Shown: positions 1 to 8,978 of the stretch, piece by piece
Layout of the letters: the number at the start of each line of letters is the position of its first letter
Position numbering within the stretch: the first letter of the stretch is position 1
Assembly: GCA_964641545.1 (NCBI GenBank)
Contig: CAZXLT010000001.1
Location: forward strand, 20,094-84,093
Reading direction: 5' to 3'
Origin: an uncultured Candidatus Saccharibacteria bacterium
GTDB taxonomy: Bacteria; Patescibacteriota; Saccharimonadia; Saccharimonadales; AWTP1-31
DNA length: 64,000 bases
The notes under the pieces: model-generated
Seen by the model: the letters and a program-made list of their open reading frames with translations, nothing else
The model's database searches: none
What the model was told of the DNA's origin: nothing
Position numbers and translations under genes: made by a program

Positions 1-214
1 CGGGTGTGCTCCGCAAAATATCAAGCATGTCAAATCCGCTGATTTTAGGCATCATAACATCAGTGATGATAAGATCGGGCTTTTCCTTAACGGCCAGCGC
101 CAGGGCCTCTTCGCCGTCCTTGGCAGAAACAATTTCGTAGCCCTCAGCTAGCAAGCGTGCGCCATAAATCTCACGCAAGTTATTGTCGTCTTCAACCAGC
201 ATTACTTTTGCCAT
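1..214 (-). CDS. Response regulator receiver domain (N-terminal part; the 3-prime end runs off the left edge of the window)
   Basis: Reverse-strand translation from ATG(212-214) gives MAKVMLVEDDNNLREIYGARLLAEGYEIVSAKDGEEALALAVKEKPDLIITDVMMPKISGFDML, a CheY-like fold with the acidic pocket DD and the phospho-acceptor D in IITDVMMP. It lies downstream of a histidine kinase on the same strand. Confidence 0.8.
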   Translation of the reverse strand, partial: MAKVMLVEDDNNLREIYGARLLAEGYEIVSAKDGEEALALAVKEKPDLIITDVMMPKISGFDMLDILRSTP

Positions 215-267
215 AGAATTCTGTCGTCCTTCTTAATGCTTTTGCTTACTTGGTATTGTATCATGCG

Positions 268-1590
268 TTATCCTGTCGTGGTATTTGACTCGGACGGTCT
301 AATTTCGTTTGGCGCAGGTTTATCATTCTTGACTTGGTCGGGGCTGAGCCGGGGCAGATTAATATAAAATGCGCTGCCTTCACCAAGCTTGCTCTCTACC
401 CAAATACGCCCTTGGTATAGCTCAACAATTTTGCGGGATATAAAAAGTCCCAAGCCAGTACCGCCGATAGTGCGAGTAGCAGAGCTGTCAACACGGTAGA
501 ATTTTTGGAATAAATGTGGGATGTCCTCTGGCGCGATACCTGCCCCGGTGTCTTTTACGTAGATCTGCACAATCTTATCATCGCCAGTGATGCCAAGTGA
601 TATTTTGCCCCTCTGCGTATACTTAACGGCATTATCAACAAGGTTAGTGATCACCTCCCGCATTCGCTCCGGGTCAACCTTGGAATAATAGAGTGGCTCT
701 AAGACTCGGCGGTGACCTTCCTGGTCGGGGTTAATGCTAGCTCCTGTGGTGCCTACTATGTACTCCATACCGAGGTTTTTCTTTTGGGCAGCAAAACGCA
801 AATCTTCGCTTAGACGTTCCAAAAATCCACTCATTTCAGTAATAACAGGGTGGTTGCTCAGCCGTCCATCCTCGGCCTTGGCGCTTGTTAGGAGATCTTG
901 AAAAAGGCTGCCAAGGTGCTGGGTGGATTCATGTGCTTTCTGGAGGTATGCCCGCGCGCGACTGTCTATAGTCCCTACCTTGTCGTTCATGGCTAGCGCC
1001 AGGTAACCCTCGATAGCTGCCACGGGGGTGCGCATTTCATGACTTGCGGTGCTGATGAACTCACCACGTTGTCGTTCTTCCCTCCGTTCTTCGCTCACAT
1101 CACGAAATATGCCCACAACACCCGTAACGTTGTTCTCCTCGTCTAGCAACGGTGAAACGCTCAGAGTTATGGCAATCGCTTTCTTTGACTTCGTGATAAT
1201 GGACGAGTCGTTTTCTCGCAGTGTTTTGCCGTAACGCATAACACGCATGAATGGGTTATTTTCTTCGTTATATTCTTGATTTTTCTCATTCACAATATGA
1301 AGGACAACCGTATAGGTTAGCCCAACTGCTTCAGTCTGGTCCCACCCCGTAATACGCGCAGCGGCAGGATTAAACAGCTGGATATTATTTTGGTTATCGA
1401 TAACCACCACCCCGTCTTCTATGGCGTTCAAAATAATATCAGACTGTGATTTTTCGGCTTTCAACTTCTGGTCCAGCCAACCGCTGCTCTTCTTTGAGTC
1501 TGTAGGGCGCCCTCCTCGCGAAAAACGCAAATAGGTGGCCATGGCCACCGCAACAATTCCGACCCCACCTATCAGGATTAGTATCATCAT
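268..1590 (-). CDS. Sensor histidine kinase (N-terminal TM anchor, PAS, HisKA, HATPase_c)
   Basis: H-box FISTASHEMRTPVAAIEGY, G-boxes DTGAGIAPEDIPHLFQKF and GGTGLGLFISRKIVELYQGRIWVES, and a PAS-like segment ILNAIEDGVVVIDNQNNIQLFNPAAARITGW. The ORF track starts at GTG 1659; I prefer the in-frame ATGATG at about 1590 (MMILILIGGVGIV, a TM helix). The start is uncertain. Confidence 0.85.
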   Translation of the reverse strand: MMILILIGGVGIVAVAMATYLRFSRGGRPTDSKKSSGWLDQKLKAEKSQSDIILNAIEDGVVVIDNQNNIQLFNPAAARITGWDQTEAVGLTYTVVLHIVNEKNQEYNEENNPFMRVMRYGKTLRENDSSIITKSKKAIAITLSVSPLLDEENNVTGVVGIFRDVSEERREERQRGEFISTASHEMRTPVAAIEGYLALAMNDKVGTIDSRARAYLQKAHESTQHLGSLFQDLLTSAKAEDGRLSNHPVITEMSGFLERLSEDLRFAAQKKNLGMEYIVGTTGASINPDQEGHRRVLEPLYYSKVDPERMREVITNLVDNAVKYTQRGKISLGITGDDKIVQIYVKDTGAGIAPEDIPHLFQKFYRVDSSATRTIGGTGLGLFISRKIVELYQGRIWVESKLGEGSAFYINLPRLSPDQVKNDKPAPNEIRPSESNTTTG

Positions 1591-1794
1591 AATGCTTTTG
1601 TTTATACCTATTATCGGTGTTTTGGCCCCAGGATGCAAGCATTTCTTACCTGGACTCACCTCTGTAATTGTGATAGTATTTATCGGTTCCTAGAGCTAGT
1701 CATTACAGGCGAACCGGTCGCACATTGCGTCGCAATGCCGGTCCGTCTGCTCGAAAAGAGTTTTTATAAATACAAAACGTCTTTTCTGCGCGAC

Positions 1795-1871
1795 GGCCCC
1801 GTCGTCTAGTGGTCCAGGATATCTGGTTCTCATCCAGAAGATCGCGGGTTCGAATCCCGCCGGGGTCACCA
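1795..1871 (+). tRNA. tRNA-Glu (anticodon CTC)
   Basis: Cloverleaf by eye: acceptor GGCCCCG/CGGGGTC, D-arm GTCTAGTGGTCCAGGAT, anticodon stem TCTGG/CCAGA with loop TTCTCAT (CTC), T-arm GCGGGTTCGAATCCCGC, encoded CCA. It parallels E. coli tRNA-Glu. Confidence 0.85.
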
Positions 1872-1879
1872 TATCATCT

Positions 1880-1902
1880 GCCAGCAAAAAGCTGGCTTTT
1901 TT
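1880..1902 (+). terminator. Rho-independent terminator after tRNA-Glu
   Basis: GCCAGC-AAAAA-GCTGGC hairpin followed by TTTTTT. Confidence 0.7.
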
Positions 1903-2064
1903 ATATTAGCGATAATTGATTATGATATTGCTTATTTAAACAAAATATGTTAAAATATAAGGATGCTATACGTTAGCCCAGTTGAATTACATCTGTTGCC
2001 AAGGAGAAACCTACGATTTGATAGAACAGGCTTCTCTGAAGAGTGGCAGCGCTCCCAGGAAGTT

Positions 2065-2445
2065 ATGCGCACCTTTTTTGATAGTGTGATTGCCGTGGAT
2101 TTAGACGGTACGATTTACGACGAAAAGGGTGATACACTTCGCCCTGGTGTCATAGACGTATTCAAGGATATGCGTGAAGCTGGTAACGAACTGTATGTTT
2201 GGAGTGCGCGTACCCGGCATATCGCTAATCCGATTATTGCTAGTTTCGGTCTTCTTGAGCTTGTGGATGGGGTACACGATAAACCACCTATGTTTAACCG
2301 AACGGTAGAAGCTGTTGCGGATACTCTGGGCTTTGTGCCAGATATTACGATTGATAATGAGGTTGAGGAACGAATTACGGGAGGAAACGTTGGTTTCTTG
2401 CTGGTTCCTTCATATTACCCGCACCCGAATAATCCAGAACTTTAG
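2065..2445 (+). CDS. Small HAD-like hydrolase (putative)
   Basis: From the internal ATG 2065: MRTFFDSVIAVDLDGTIYD (HAD motif I DxDGT near the N-terminus). The ORF track starts earlier at 1963. Short for a HAD protein, so the function is uncertain. Confidence 0.5.
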   Translation: MRTFFDSVIAVDLDGTIYDEKGDTLRPGVIDVFKDMREAGNELYVWSARTRHIANPIIASFGLLELVDGVHDKPPMFNRTVEAVADTLGFVPDITIDNEVEERITGGNVGFLLVPSYYPHPNNPEL

Positions 2446-2487
2446 TCAGGCTTGCAACAGTGTTCGTTTACTGTGTAGCATACAGAT

Positions 2488-3156
2488 ATGATCGAACACC
2501 ATATTCAGCGAACAATAGTGTATCGACTGGCCTTTACGCCTGAGCTTCGTTTCAGTGATCTAAGGCCGGATACTGTTGAAAATAAACTATTCGACTACCA
2601 TCTTAAAAAAGTGCTGGCTGCGAAATTAGTGCGCAAAATAGCCGATGGACGCTATGCTCTGACTGCTGAGGGGCGACGACTTGGCATACGAGCATTGGAT
2701 AAGCAATTAGCAGGAGCAGATCAGGCGGAGCCAGTTCTGTTTTTGGCGATTCGAAGAGCAAACGACAAAGCTTGGTTGTTATACCGTCGCAAAACTCATC
2801 CGTTAATTAATAAGGTCGGGTTTATGCACTGCAACCCGGTGCCCGGTCGGACCGTGGCAGAAACGGCCCATGAAGTTTGCTTGGAACAAACAGGTATTTC
2901 CGCCTCATTTTCTGTTCTCGGTAGCGGTTATTTTCAAACTTACAAAGACGCTGAACTAGAAAGTTACACTAACTTTACGATGCTGATAGCTAACGATGCT
3001 TCGGGCGAGCTGATACGAAACGACGATTTTGCAGAATATTTTTGGGAGAAAGATCCCGACTTTACTGAGGCACGATTTTTGCCCAACATGAAGACACTTG
3101 GCAATCTGCACAAAAATAATGAGCTGTTCTTTATCGAAAAAAGCTTTACGGTCTAA
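2488..3156 (+). CDS. Hypothetical protein with an N-terminal winged-helix-like segment and a degenerate Nudix-like segment
   Basis: 222-aa ORF. LAAKLVRKIADGRYALTAEGRRLG is wHTH-like. GRTVAETAHEVCLEQTGI weakly resembles a Nudix box but lacks the canonical REx2EE. Confidence 0.45.
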   Translation: MIEHHIQRTIVYRLAFTPELRFSDLRPDTVENKLFDYHLKKVLAAKLVRKIADGRYALTAEGRRLGIRALDKQLAGADQAEPVLFLAIRRANDKAWLLYRRKTHPLINKVGFMHCNPVPGRTVAETAHEVCLEQTGISASFSVLGSGYFQTYKDAELESYTNFTMLIANDASGELIRNDDFAEYFWEKDPDFTEARFLPNMKTLGNLHKNNELFFIEKSFTV

Positions 3157-3895
3157 CGGCAACTGCCAGTTCGTAGGCTTCAAATGCATCTTGCGGGGCT
3201 TCTTGGCGCCAGAACACCGAAAGTGGGCTATCTGGGTTTGCAAGCTGAGCCATTGATGGAACCCTCCCTATGATTGAGGCAAGACCCCTTGCGTCTTCAA
3301 GACTTGCAAGGCCGCGAGTACGTGCAAGTGCCTGCAGGTCGAAATCGTTTAAAGTAGCAGATTCGTAGCCAATAAAGTCACCTATGGCAAAACAAGACAT
3401 AGTTAGTGCTGCGTGGCCTGTTGTTCTGCCGAGTTGAGTCTGGTGCGTCTCTAGCAGAGGATTACCTCGCATATCGGTCACGATTTGCTCTGCCTTGGTT
3501 GTCGACTCTCGCATCGTTGTCACGATTTGCCGATGAAGCATAAGGGCGCTCGGTCGCTGTTCAGGGTCTTCTGTCGCAAGTATTGGAAGTTTAAGTCGGC
3601 GACGCATCACTTCGGAATCGGCTGCAAAACTATACCAGGCAGTATTAATGCCACTTGCGGCCAACCATCTCGTAGCAAATTTTAGGCCTGGTCCCCCTTG
3701 GTCCAGTTGGCTGAGGATTGCAGTAGCGATAGCCAGCCCACGTTGCTGCTGCTCGGCTAGCAGTGTGCCGCGTGGAAGGCTTCGTCGACGTTCGATCTCG
3801 CTACTGTCGCGTGCTTTGGGTGGCACGTAGTGCGGCTGCTCCCCTAAATGCTTAGTTGGTAAATCAAAATCTCTGTAGGGTCGTTTGTTGCTCAT
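3146..3895 (-). CDS. Hypothetical protein
   Basis: Long ORF (track 3146..4003). Likely start MSNKRPYRDFDL at 3895. No motif I recognise. Confidence 0.45.
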   Translation of the reverse strand: MSNKRPYRDFDLPTKHLGEQPHYVPPKARDSSEIERRRSLPRGTLLAEQQQRGLAIATAILSQLDQGGPGLKFATRWLAASGINTAWYSFAADSEVMRRRLKLPILATEDPEQRPSALMLHRQIVTTMRESTTKAEQIVTDMRGNPLLETHQTQLGRTTGHAALTMSCFAIGDFIGYESATLNDFDLQALARTRGLASLEDARGLASIIGRVPSMAQLANPDSPLSVFWRQEAPQDAFEAYELAVAVRP

Positions 3896-3927
3896 GCCCT
3901 TATTCTGCTTGCGGACCAAAACAAAAA

Positions 3928-3947
3928 CAGTGAACACTTTTTCACTG
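3928..3947. promoter_or_regulatory. Perfect 7-bp inverted repeat CAGTGAA-N6-TTCACTG, a candidate operator
   Basis: Seen directly in the sequence. It sits about 34 nt upstream of the 3895 minus-strand start and inside the 370-nt leader region preceding the umuD-like/umuC operon. Confidence 0.35.
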
Positions 3948-4264
3948 AGTTTTAGCGAAGTAGAAATGCTGAGCAAATTACACCAAAATTTTGTTGACCA
4001 CAAGCTTTTTAAGGCGCAAAATAGCTACTAGCTTCGTGGGCATGAGTTCGTGGTCTCCCAAGTTCCATCGCCAACCAGCTTTATAACTTGGATAGTACAC
4101 TACGGTCCCTGCTCTCCTCATTTCAAACTCAGTTTCCCGTTACGATTCGCCTTGAACGGTCGGCTAATCTACCGGGCAGCTCGCTCTCTATCAAACCCGT
4201 TCACCGTTAGGAATACTCTAATCGGTCCTCTTTTATCACCCTAAATCTCTTACAGGAGTTTGAA

Positions 4265-4534
4265 ATGAACCACGTTAGTATCAACCAAGAAGTCAGCGTA
4301 ACCGGCTACTATTTTCGTAATAAAAACTTTCAGACAGTACCCAGCGGTATTGAATATGGCGGCAATCGTGTATCTTTTTTGAATCAAAGCATGCAATATT
4401 TTGTCCAGAAAGGTCAGCAGTTCGTAAAGCTGTTCGATGTAACCGACGGCGACACAACGTATCGACTTAAGTACGAGCCCGAACAACTACAGTGGACACT
4501 GGTTTACACTGCCAACAACGCGCGAACGGTGTAA
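4265..4534 (+). CDS. Hypothetical small protein, first gene of the umuD-like/umuC cluster
   Basis: 89-aa ORF ending 4 nt before the umuD-like start, on the same strand. No recognisable motif. Confidence 0.4.
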   Translation: MNHVSINQEVSVTGYYFRNKNFQTVPSGIEYGGNRVSFLNQSMQYFVQKGQQFVKLFDVTDGDTTYRLKYEPEQLQWTLVYTANNARTV

Positions 4535-4538
4535 GACT

Positions 4539-4883
4539 GTGGACGATGAGCAAAAAGATGCCTTAGGCATCTCGACACACGCTGGTTTTCCAAACGCTGC
4601 AACGGATAAAGCCCTAACAAGCCTTGACCTAGGGAAATTGTTGGTACGTAGTCCAAGCAGCACCTTTTTTATGAGAATTCGCGGCAGCGATGGTGAGACT
4701 GAAGGTATTTATGACCAAGACATTGTGGTGGTGGATCGCTCTATTTTGCCGCGCGCAGTTGATCGCGTTATATGGTGGCAGGGCGAGTCGTTTAAGGTGG
4801 GTACGCCAGCCAGGGTACCACTCGGTACGGTGCCCTGGGGGGTTGTAACGTACGTTATCCACGAACTAAGGAAGCAACCATGA
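4539..4883 (+). CDS. umuD: UmuD-like S24 peptidase-fold protein (translesion polymerase accessory subunit)
   Basis: GFPNAATD...SPSSTFFMRIRGSDGE...IVVVDRS parallels UmuD GFPSPAAD...HPSATYFVKASGDSM...LLIVD. There is an Ala-Gly candidate cleavage site (THAG/FP) and a K in ESFKVGT. ATGA overlap with umuC. Confidence 0.7.
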   Translation: MDDEQKDALGISTHAGFPNAATDKALTSLDLGKLLVRSPSSTFFMRIRGSDGETEGIYDQDIVVVDRSILPRAVDRVIWWQGESFKVGTPARVPLGTVPWGVVTYVIHELRKQP

Positions 4884-6169
4884 AACAGCCCATGTTTGCA
4901 CTAGTTGATTGCAATAACTTTTTTGTGAGCTGTGAGCGAGTTTTTCGCCCTGATCTCGAGGGTAAACCAGTGGTAGTGCTGAGTAGTAACGACGGATGCG
5001 CTATAGCGCGTAGTAACGAAGTTAAAGCACTCGGCGTCCCAATGGCAGCGCCTGCTTTTAAATACCGAGAGCTATTTAAGCGACATAAAATTGTCCAGTT
5101 TAGCGCTAACTTTGAACTATACGGTGATATATCTAAACGAATCACTCGATTGCTGACTGACTTTACGCCACGGACCGAAGTGTACTCTATTGATGAATCT
5201 TTTTTAGAGCTAGGTCAGCTGGCCAGTACCGACTATCTAACGCAGATGCAGGCGTTGAGGGATCGGATTCAGCGTTTTGTGGGTATCCCGGTCTCTATCG
5301 GTATTGCGCCCACTAAAACTTTGGCAAAACTAGCAAGCGAGCGAGCCAAGAAAGACCCTAGTTTGAATGGAGTACTTGATCTGAGTAAAGCCGAGCCGAA
5401 GGAACTTGCCTACCAGCGCGCCAAAGTACCCGTAGAAGAGGTTTGGGGCGTTGGCTGGCGATTAGCACCAAAGCTTCGGAGCGAAGGTATAGCATCGGCG
5501 AATGATCTGGCTGGTCTACGAACGCAGCGAGCAAAACAGCTCATGAGTATAAAAGGCGAACAAACGGTACGTGAGCTTCGGGGAGAAGCTTGCCTACCCC
5601 TAGAATCTATGCACATGATACCCAAGAGTATCGCTCGTACACGAACATTTGGCGAAGACACCAATCAGTTCCACGTGCTTGAGTCGGCGGTTGCCAGTTT
5701 TGTTGCAACTGCGGCGTTTCGTCTGCGCACTGCCAACTTAAGAACTCGCCGCGCCGGATTATTTCTGATGACCAATAAGCACAAGCCTGGGTTTGCGGGT
5801 TGGAATAGTGAGGTTGTGTTTGAGGTCCCTACAGCCAACAGTGGTGAGCTGATGCGAAGTCTAGTCGATCTTCTTGCCAGCCTCTATCAGCCTCAACAAA
5901 TGTATCACCGGGCCGGCGTGTGGCTGCACGACTTCGTGCCAGACAGTCTGTTTCAGACAGATCTTTTTGGTCGAGTTAACGTTGAACAAGAACTTCGTTC
6001 TAGTGCCCGTATGGAAGCGCTAGATAGCATTAACTATCAATTTGGACGAGGAACGATTCGCTATGCGGCTGAAGACCTGGCTCGCAGGTGGCGCCCCAAA
6101 CAACAGCTCAGAAGTCCTCACTACATAAGCGACTGGAATGACTTGCCTATCGCTACTGTTGTAGGCTGA
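4880..6169 (+). CDS. umuC: Y-family DNA polymerase UmuC (error-prone polymerase V catalytic subunit)
   Basis: MFALVDCNNFFVSCERVFRPDLEGKPVVVLSSNDGCAIARSNEVKALGV and YSIDESFLEL are hallmark UmuC/DinB N-terminal motifs. Confidence 0.9.
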   Translation: MKQPMFALVDCNNFFVSCERVFRPDLEGKPVVVLSSNDGCAIARSNEVKALGVPMAAPAFKYRELFKRHKIVQFSANFELYGDISKRITRLLTDFTPRTEVYSIDESFLELGQLASTDYLTQMQALRDRIQRFVGIPVSIGIAPTKTLAKLASERAKKDPSLNGVLDLSKAEPKELAYQRAKVPVEEVWGVGWRLAPKLRSEGIASANDLAGLRTQRAKQLMSIKGEQTVRELRGEACLPLESMHMIPKSIARTRTFGEDTNQFHVLESAVASFVATAAFRLRTANLRTRRAGLFLMTNKHKPGFAGWNSEVVFEVPTANSGELMRSLVDLLASLYQPQQMYHRAGVWLHDFVPDSLFQTDLFGRVNVEQELRSSARMEALDSINYQFGRGTIRYAAEDLARRWRPKQQLRSPHYISDWNDLPIATVVG

Positions 6170-7471
6170 CTACTTGCTTGTTACGCGGTCGGCGCTACCA
6201 ACGACACTAATCCAGGTTTGGCCGGGATTTAGCGGAATTGGTTTGCCTGCTGCATCGTTAAATTTAATCTGTTCTTTGCCGCTTGCCTTGCTCCAGGTGC
6301 CCTCTGTCTTGATGCCGTCTTGGAAAATAAAGACTGGACCGCTGCCGATATTGGCATATGTGCTGTTAACTCGATTAGCTGCTATGCCATAACTCATGAC
6401 TGCAGCGATAACAACTTTCGGTGCAAGTTGATTGCCGGTTTTAGCGTCTGTATGAGCCTTGCCCCCCTCGCTTCGTTTATACGTGTTTGTTGTGGCGTCA
6501 TAATCATAGTGTGGGTTGTACAAGACGCCTGAAATATTGAAATCAATAGATGTGGCTGTTGCTGGTGTGACCGCTTTTTCTTTTTTACGGGGGAATCCCT
6601 CGAACGTACTGCTAGTAAAACCTTTAGACTTAGACAGCTCATCGAGTCCGGCCATAGTGGTGTACATATTGTGCGGTGCGTAACGGTGGCTAACCCGACG
6701 ATATGGTCCTGGGTTGGCAAATTGGTCTAGGTCCTTAATCCCTTCAGCTTTGATTTTGGCCAGCCCATCACTACTGCCACCCACATGAGCTATAGCTGCA
6801 TCAAACCCGTTAGCCCAATCAATGTAATATGGACGCACGCTGCGCACTGGACCTATATCATCCGGTTGTGCTTCTTGGAAAAGCGTTAGAAACCGAGTTA
6901 TACCTCCCTCGGCGATCGCCTCGAACACTACCCCTGCCTCGTTCAAGCCTGACTGCGGACGGGCGTCGGGACTGTTTTCAATCATAATTGCTGTGACCGG
7001 ACGTTGGTTTAGCTCTATCTTTACTTCGGCTCCGGTAAGTTTTGATGGTTCGGTTGTTGGTTTAGGTGGCTCTGCTTTTGGTTGGACGGCAGCAACCGGT
7101 TTTGGGGTCGGTGCTTTGTGCGTAAAATTATAAGCTGCCGCTGAACCTCCACCGAGTAACAATAAAACCAGTACTATAAATAATGCTTTCTTTGGCTTGC
7201 TGAGTCCGCTGAACCACTGCTTGAACCGCCTTAGTGGATGTGGCCGCCGAAAACCTTTTTTCTTAAGCTCCTCCGGTTTGCTGTCTTCAACAGGAGTTTC
7301 TGTTTTTACTGGTGCGTCAATTGGTGCTTCCACTTCTGGCTTTGTCGGTTGCTGTTCCTCGGTTTGCTGTCTAGTATTGGTAGCAGGATGAACCACCTCA
7401 GGATTGGTCCGAGCGTTGTTTAATTTGGGTTTGTTTTTTTTCCGCCGTGCTGGCAAAAAATCATAATCCAT
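6170..7471 (-). CDS. DUF3048 (YerB-like) protein with a disordered Pro/Lys/Glu-rich N-terminus and one TM segment
   Basis: IMIENSPDARPQSGLNEAGVVFEAIAEGGITRFLTLF matches the DUF3048 core. TM helix ALFIVLVLLLLGGG. Confidence 0.7.
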   Translation of the reverse strand: MDYDFLPARRKKNKPKLNNARTNPEVVHPATNTRQQTEEQQPTKPEVEAPIDAPVKTETPVEDSKPEELKKKGFRRPHPLRRFKQWFSGLSKPKKALFIVLVLLLLGGGSAAAYNFTHKAPTPKPVAAVQPKAEPPKPTTEPSKLTGAEVKIELNQRPVTAIMIENSPDARPQSGLNEAGVVFEAIAEGGITRFLTLFQEAQPDDIGPVRSVRPYYIDWANGFDAAIAHVGGSSDGLAKIKAEGIKDLDQFANPGPYRRVSHRYAPHNMYTTMAGLDELSKSKGFTSSTFEGFPRKKEKAVTPATATSIDFNISGVLYNPHYDYDATTNTYKRSEGGKAHTDAKTGNQLAPKVVIAAVMSYGIAANRVNSTYANIGSGPVFIFQDGIKTEGTWSKASGKEQIKFNDAAGKPIPLNPGQTWISVVGSADRVTSK

Positions 7472-7495
7472 AGCGACTATTGTAACAGCTTGTGC

Positions 7496-8938
7496 TTAAG
7501 TCAGAAGACTAATTGTCTGCGAAATTCGCTGTAAACTTGTTTCTTTGCCGAGTACCGCGAGTGTGTCAAATAATGCTGGAGAGAAAGGTGCCCCAGTGGT
7601 GGCGATTCGCACCAGACTAAATAAGACCCCTGGTTTGGTTTGAAGCGCTTCTAATAGTGTATTCATTCTGTCTTCAAGATCTTTATGCTCGAAGTTGGAT
7701 TGTTTTAGGCTTTCTAGAACAGCTTCGAGCATACCCTTTATTTCTTGATCCTCAAGTTTCCGTAGTTGTTTATTCTTTGGATCGTGCAGTAAATTCAGGA
7801 TTGCGTCATCCGCGGGGGTTGTAAAGAAGAACTCTGTCAGTAGTGGAAGTTCGCTAAAAAATTTGAGACGTTCCTGTGTTATGGCAAGCACATCTTTCTT
7901 ATAAACATCGTTTGCCTTTGCTGCAGACGACGACCAAAAATCCGCCACTTTTGTGTATAAGTCTTCCAGCGAAAGATTGCGGATATGCGCACCGTTGAGC
8001 CATTGAAGACGTTGTTCATCAAAGCGTGCTCCACTTCTTTGCACACGGTTTAGGCTAAATTTCTTGATTAATTCTTCTGTGCTAAAAACTTCTTGTTCTG
8101 TGCCGTCGTTCCAGCCAAGCGAAGCAATAAAGTTAATCATTGCTTCAGGCAAAAATCCATCTCGAATATAATCCAAAACGTCTTTGGCTCCATCCCGTTT
8201 GCTTAGTTTTTTGTTGCCGTCATGACCCAGAATGTGTGGCATGGTAGCAAGGATTGGAGGCGCAATGTCTAAGGCTTCATATAGATTCAGGTAATTTGGT
8301 GTACTTGCTAAAAATTCCTGTCCGCGGATAACGTGACTTACTTCCATGAGTTCGTCGTCTACTATGTGAGCGAAGTTATATGTTGGGTAGCCATCAGACT
8401 TTATTAAAATAAAATCATCAATTACTTCTGGTCCTGTTGATAAATCCCCCATGACCTCATCGTGCCACTGATACTTTTTTGGATCTGACTTAAATCTAAG
8501 CGGTTGACTACCATCCCATTCTGGCGGGTTTTGTGGTCGATGATTACGATATAAAAATGGCTTCTTGGCTTTTTGGGCTTCATTGCGAAAGGCCTGAACT
8601 TCTGTGGGCGTAAAAGGGTCGGCATAGGCGCGGCCTGTGTCGATTAATTTTTGAGCCCACTTTTTGTAGCTATCCAACCGTTCACTTTGGCGATACGGGC
8701 CGTAGCCTCCGCCAATATCTGGACCTTCGTCGTAGTTTAGCCCAAGGGCGTGCAGGCTATCAATTATGTGTTGATCAGCACCGGCAACCTCGCGCGCCTT
8801 ATCTGTGTCTTCGAGTCGTAAAATAAACGTACCGTTAGATTGTTTAGCCAATAGCCATGCAAACAATGCAGTGCGAATACCGCCTACGTGGAGATATCCG
8901 GTGGGGCTAGGCGCAAAACGGGTACGAACTTTTGTCAT
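7496..8938 (-). CDS. gltX: Glutamyl-tRNA synthetase
   Basis: RFAPSPTGYLHVGGIRTALFAWLLAK (HIGH region) and KLSKRDG (KMSKS). Confidence 0.95.
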   Translation of the reverse strand: MTKVRTRFAPSPTGYLHVGGIRTALFAWLLAKQSNGTFILRLEDTDKAREVAGADQHIIDSLHALGLNYDEGPDIGGGYGPYRQSERLDSYKKWAQKLIDTGRAYADPFTPTEVQAFRNEAQKAKKPFLYRNHRPQNPPEWDGSQPLRFKSDPKKYQWHDEVMGDLSTGPEVIDDFILIKSDGYPTYNFAHIVDDELMEVSHVIRGQEFLASTPNYLNLYEALDIAPPILATMPHILGHDGNKKLSKRDGAKDVLDYIRDGFLPEAMINFIASLGWNDGTEQEVFSTEELIKKFSLNRVQRSGARFDEQRLQWLNGAHIRNLSLEDLYTKVADFWSSSAAKANDVYKKDVLAITQERLKFFSELPLLTEFFFTTPADDAILNLLHDPKNKQLRKLEDQEIKGMLEAVLESLKQSNFEHKDLEDRMNTLLEALQTKPGVLFSLVRIATTGAPFSPALFDTLAVLGKETSLQRISQTISLLT

Positions 8939-8978
8939 TCCTCAAATTGTATCAGAACAGAGGTAGAACTAGAAGTAG

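Noticed and set aside
1696-1887. 63-aa ORF on the minus strand
   Set aside because: It overlaps the tRNA-Glu gene and its terminator entirely, so it is a spurious frame.
4050-4244. 64-aa ORF in the long leader upstream of the umuD-like/umuC operon
   Set aside because: It lies in a non-coding-looking region with no RBS, and its Ser/Pro-rich translation is typical of a random frame. The region is more likely a regulatory leader.
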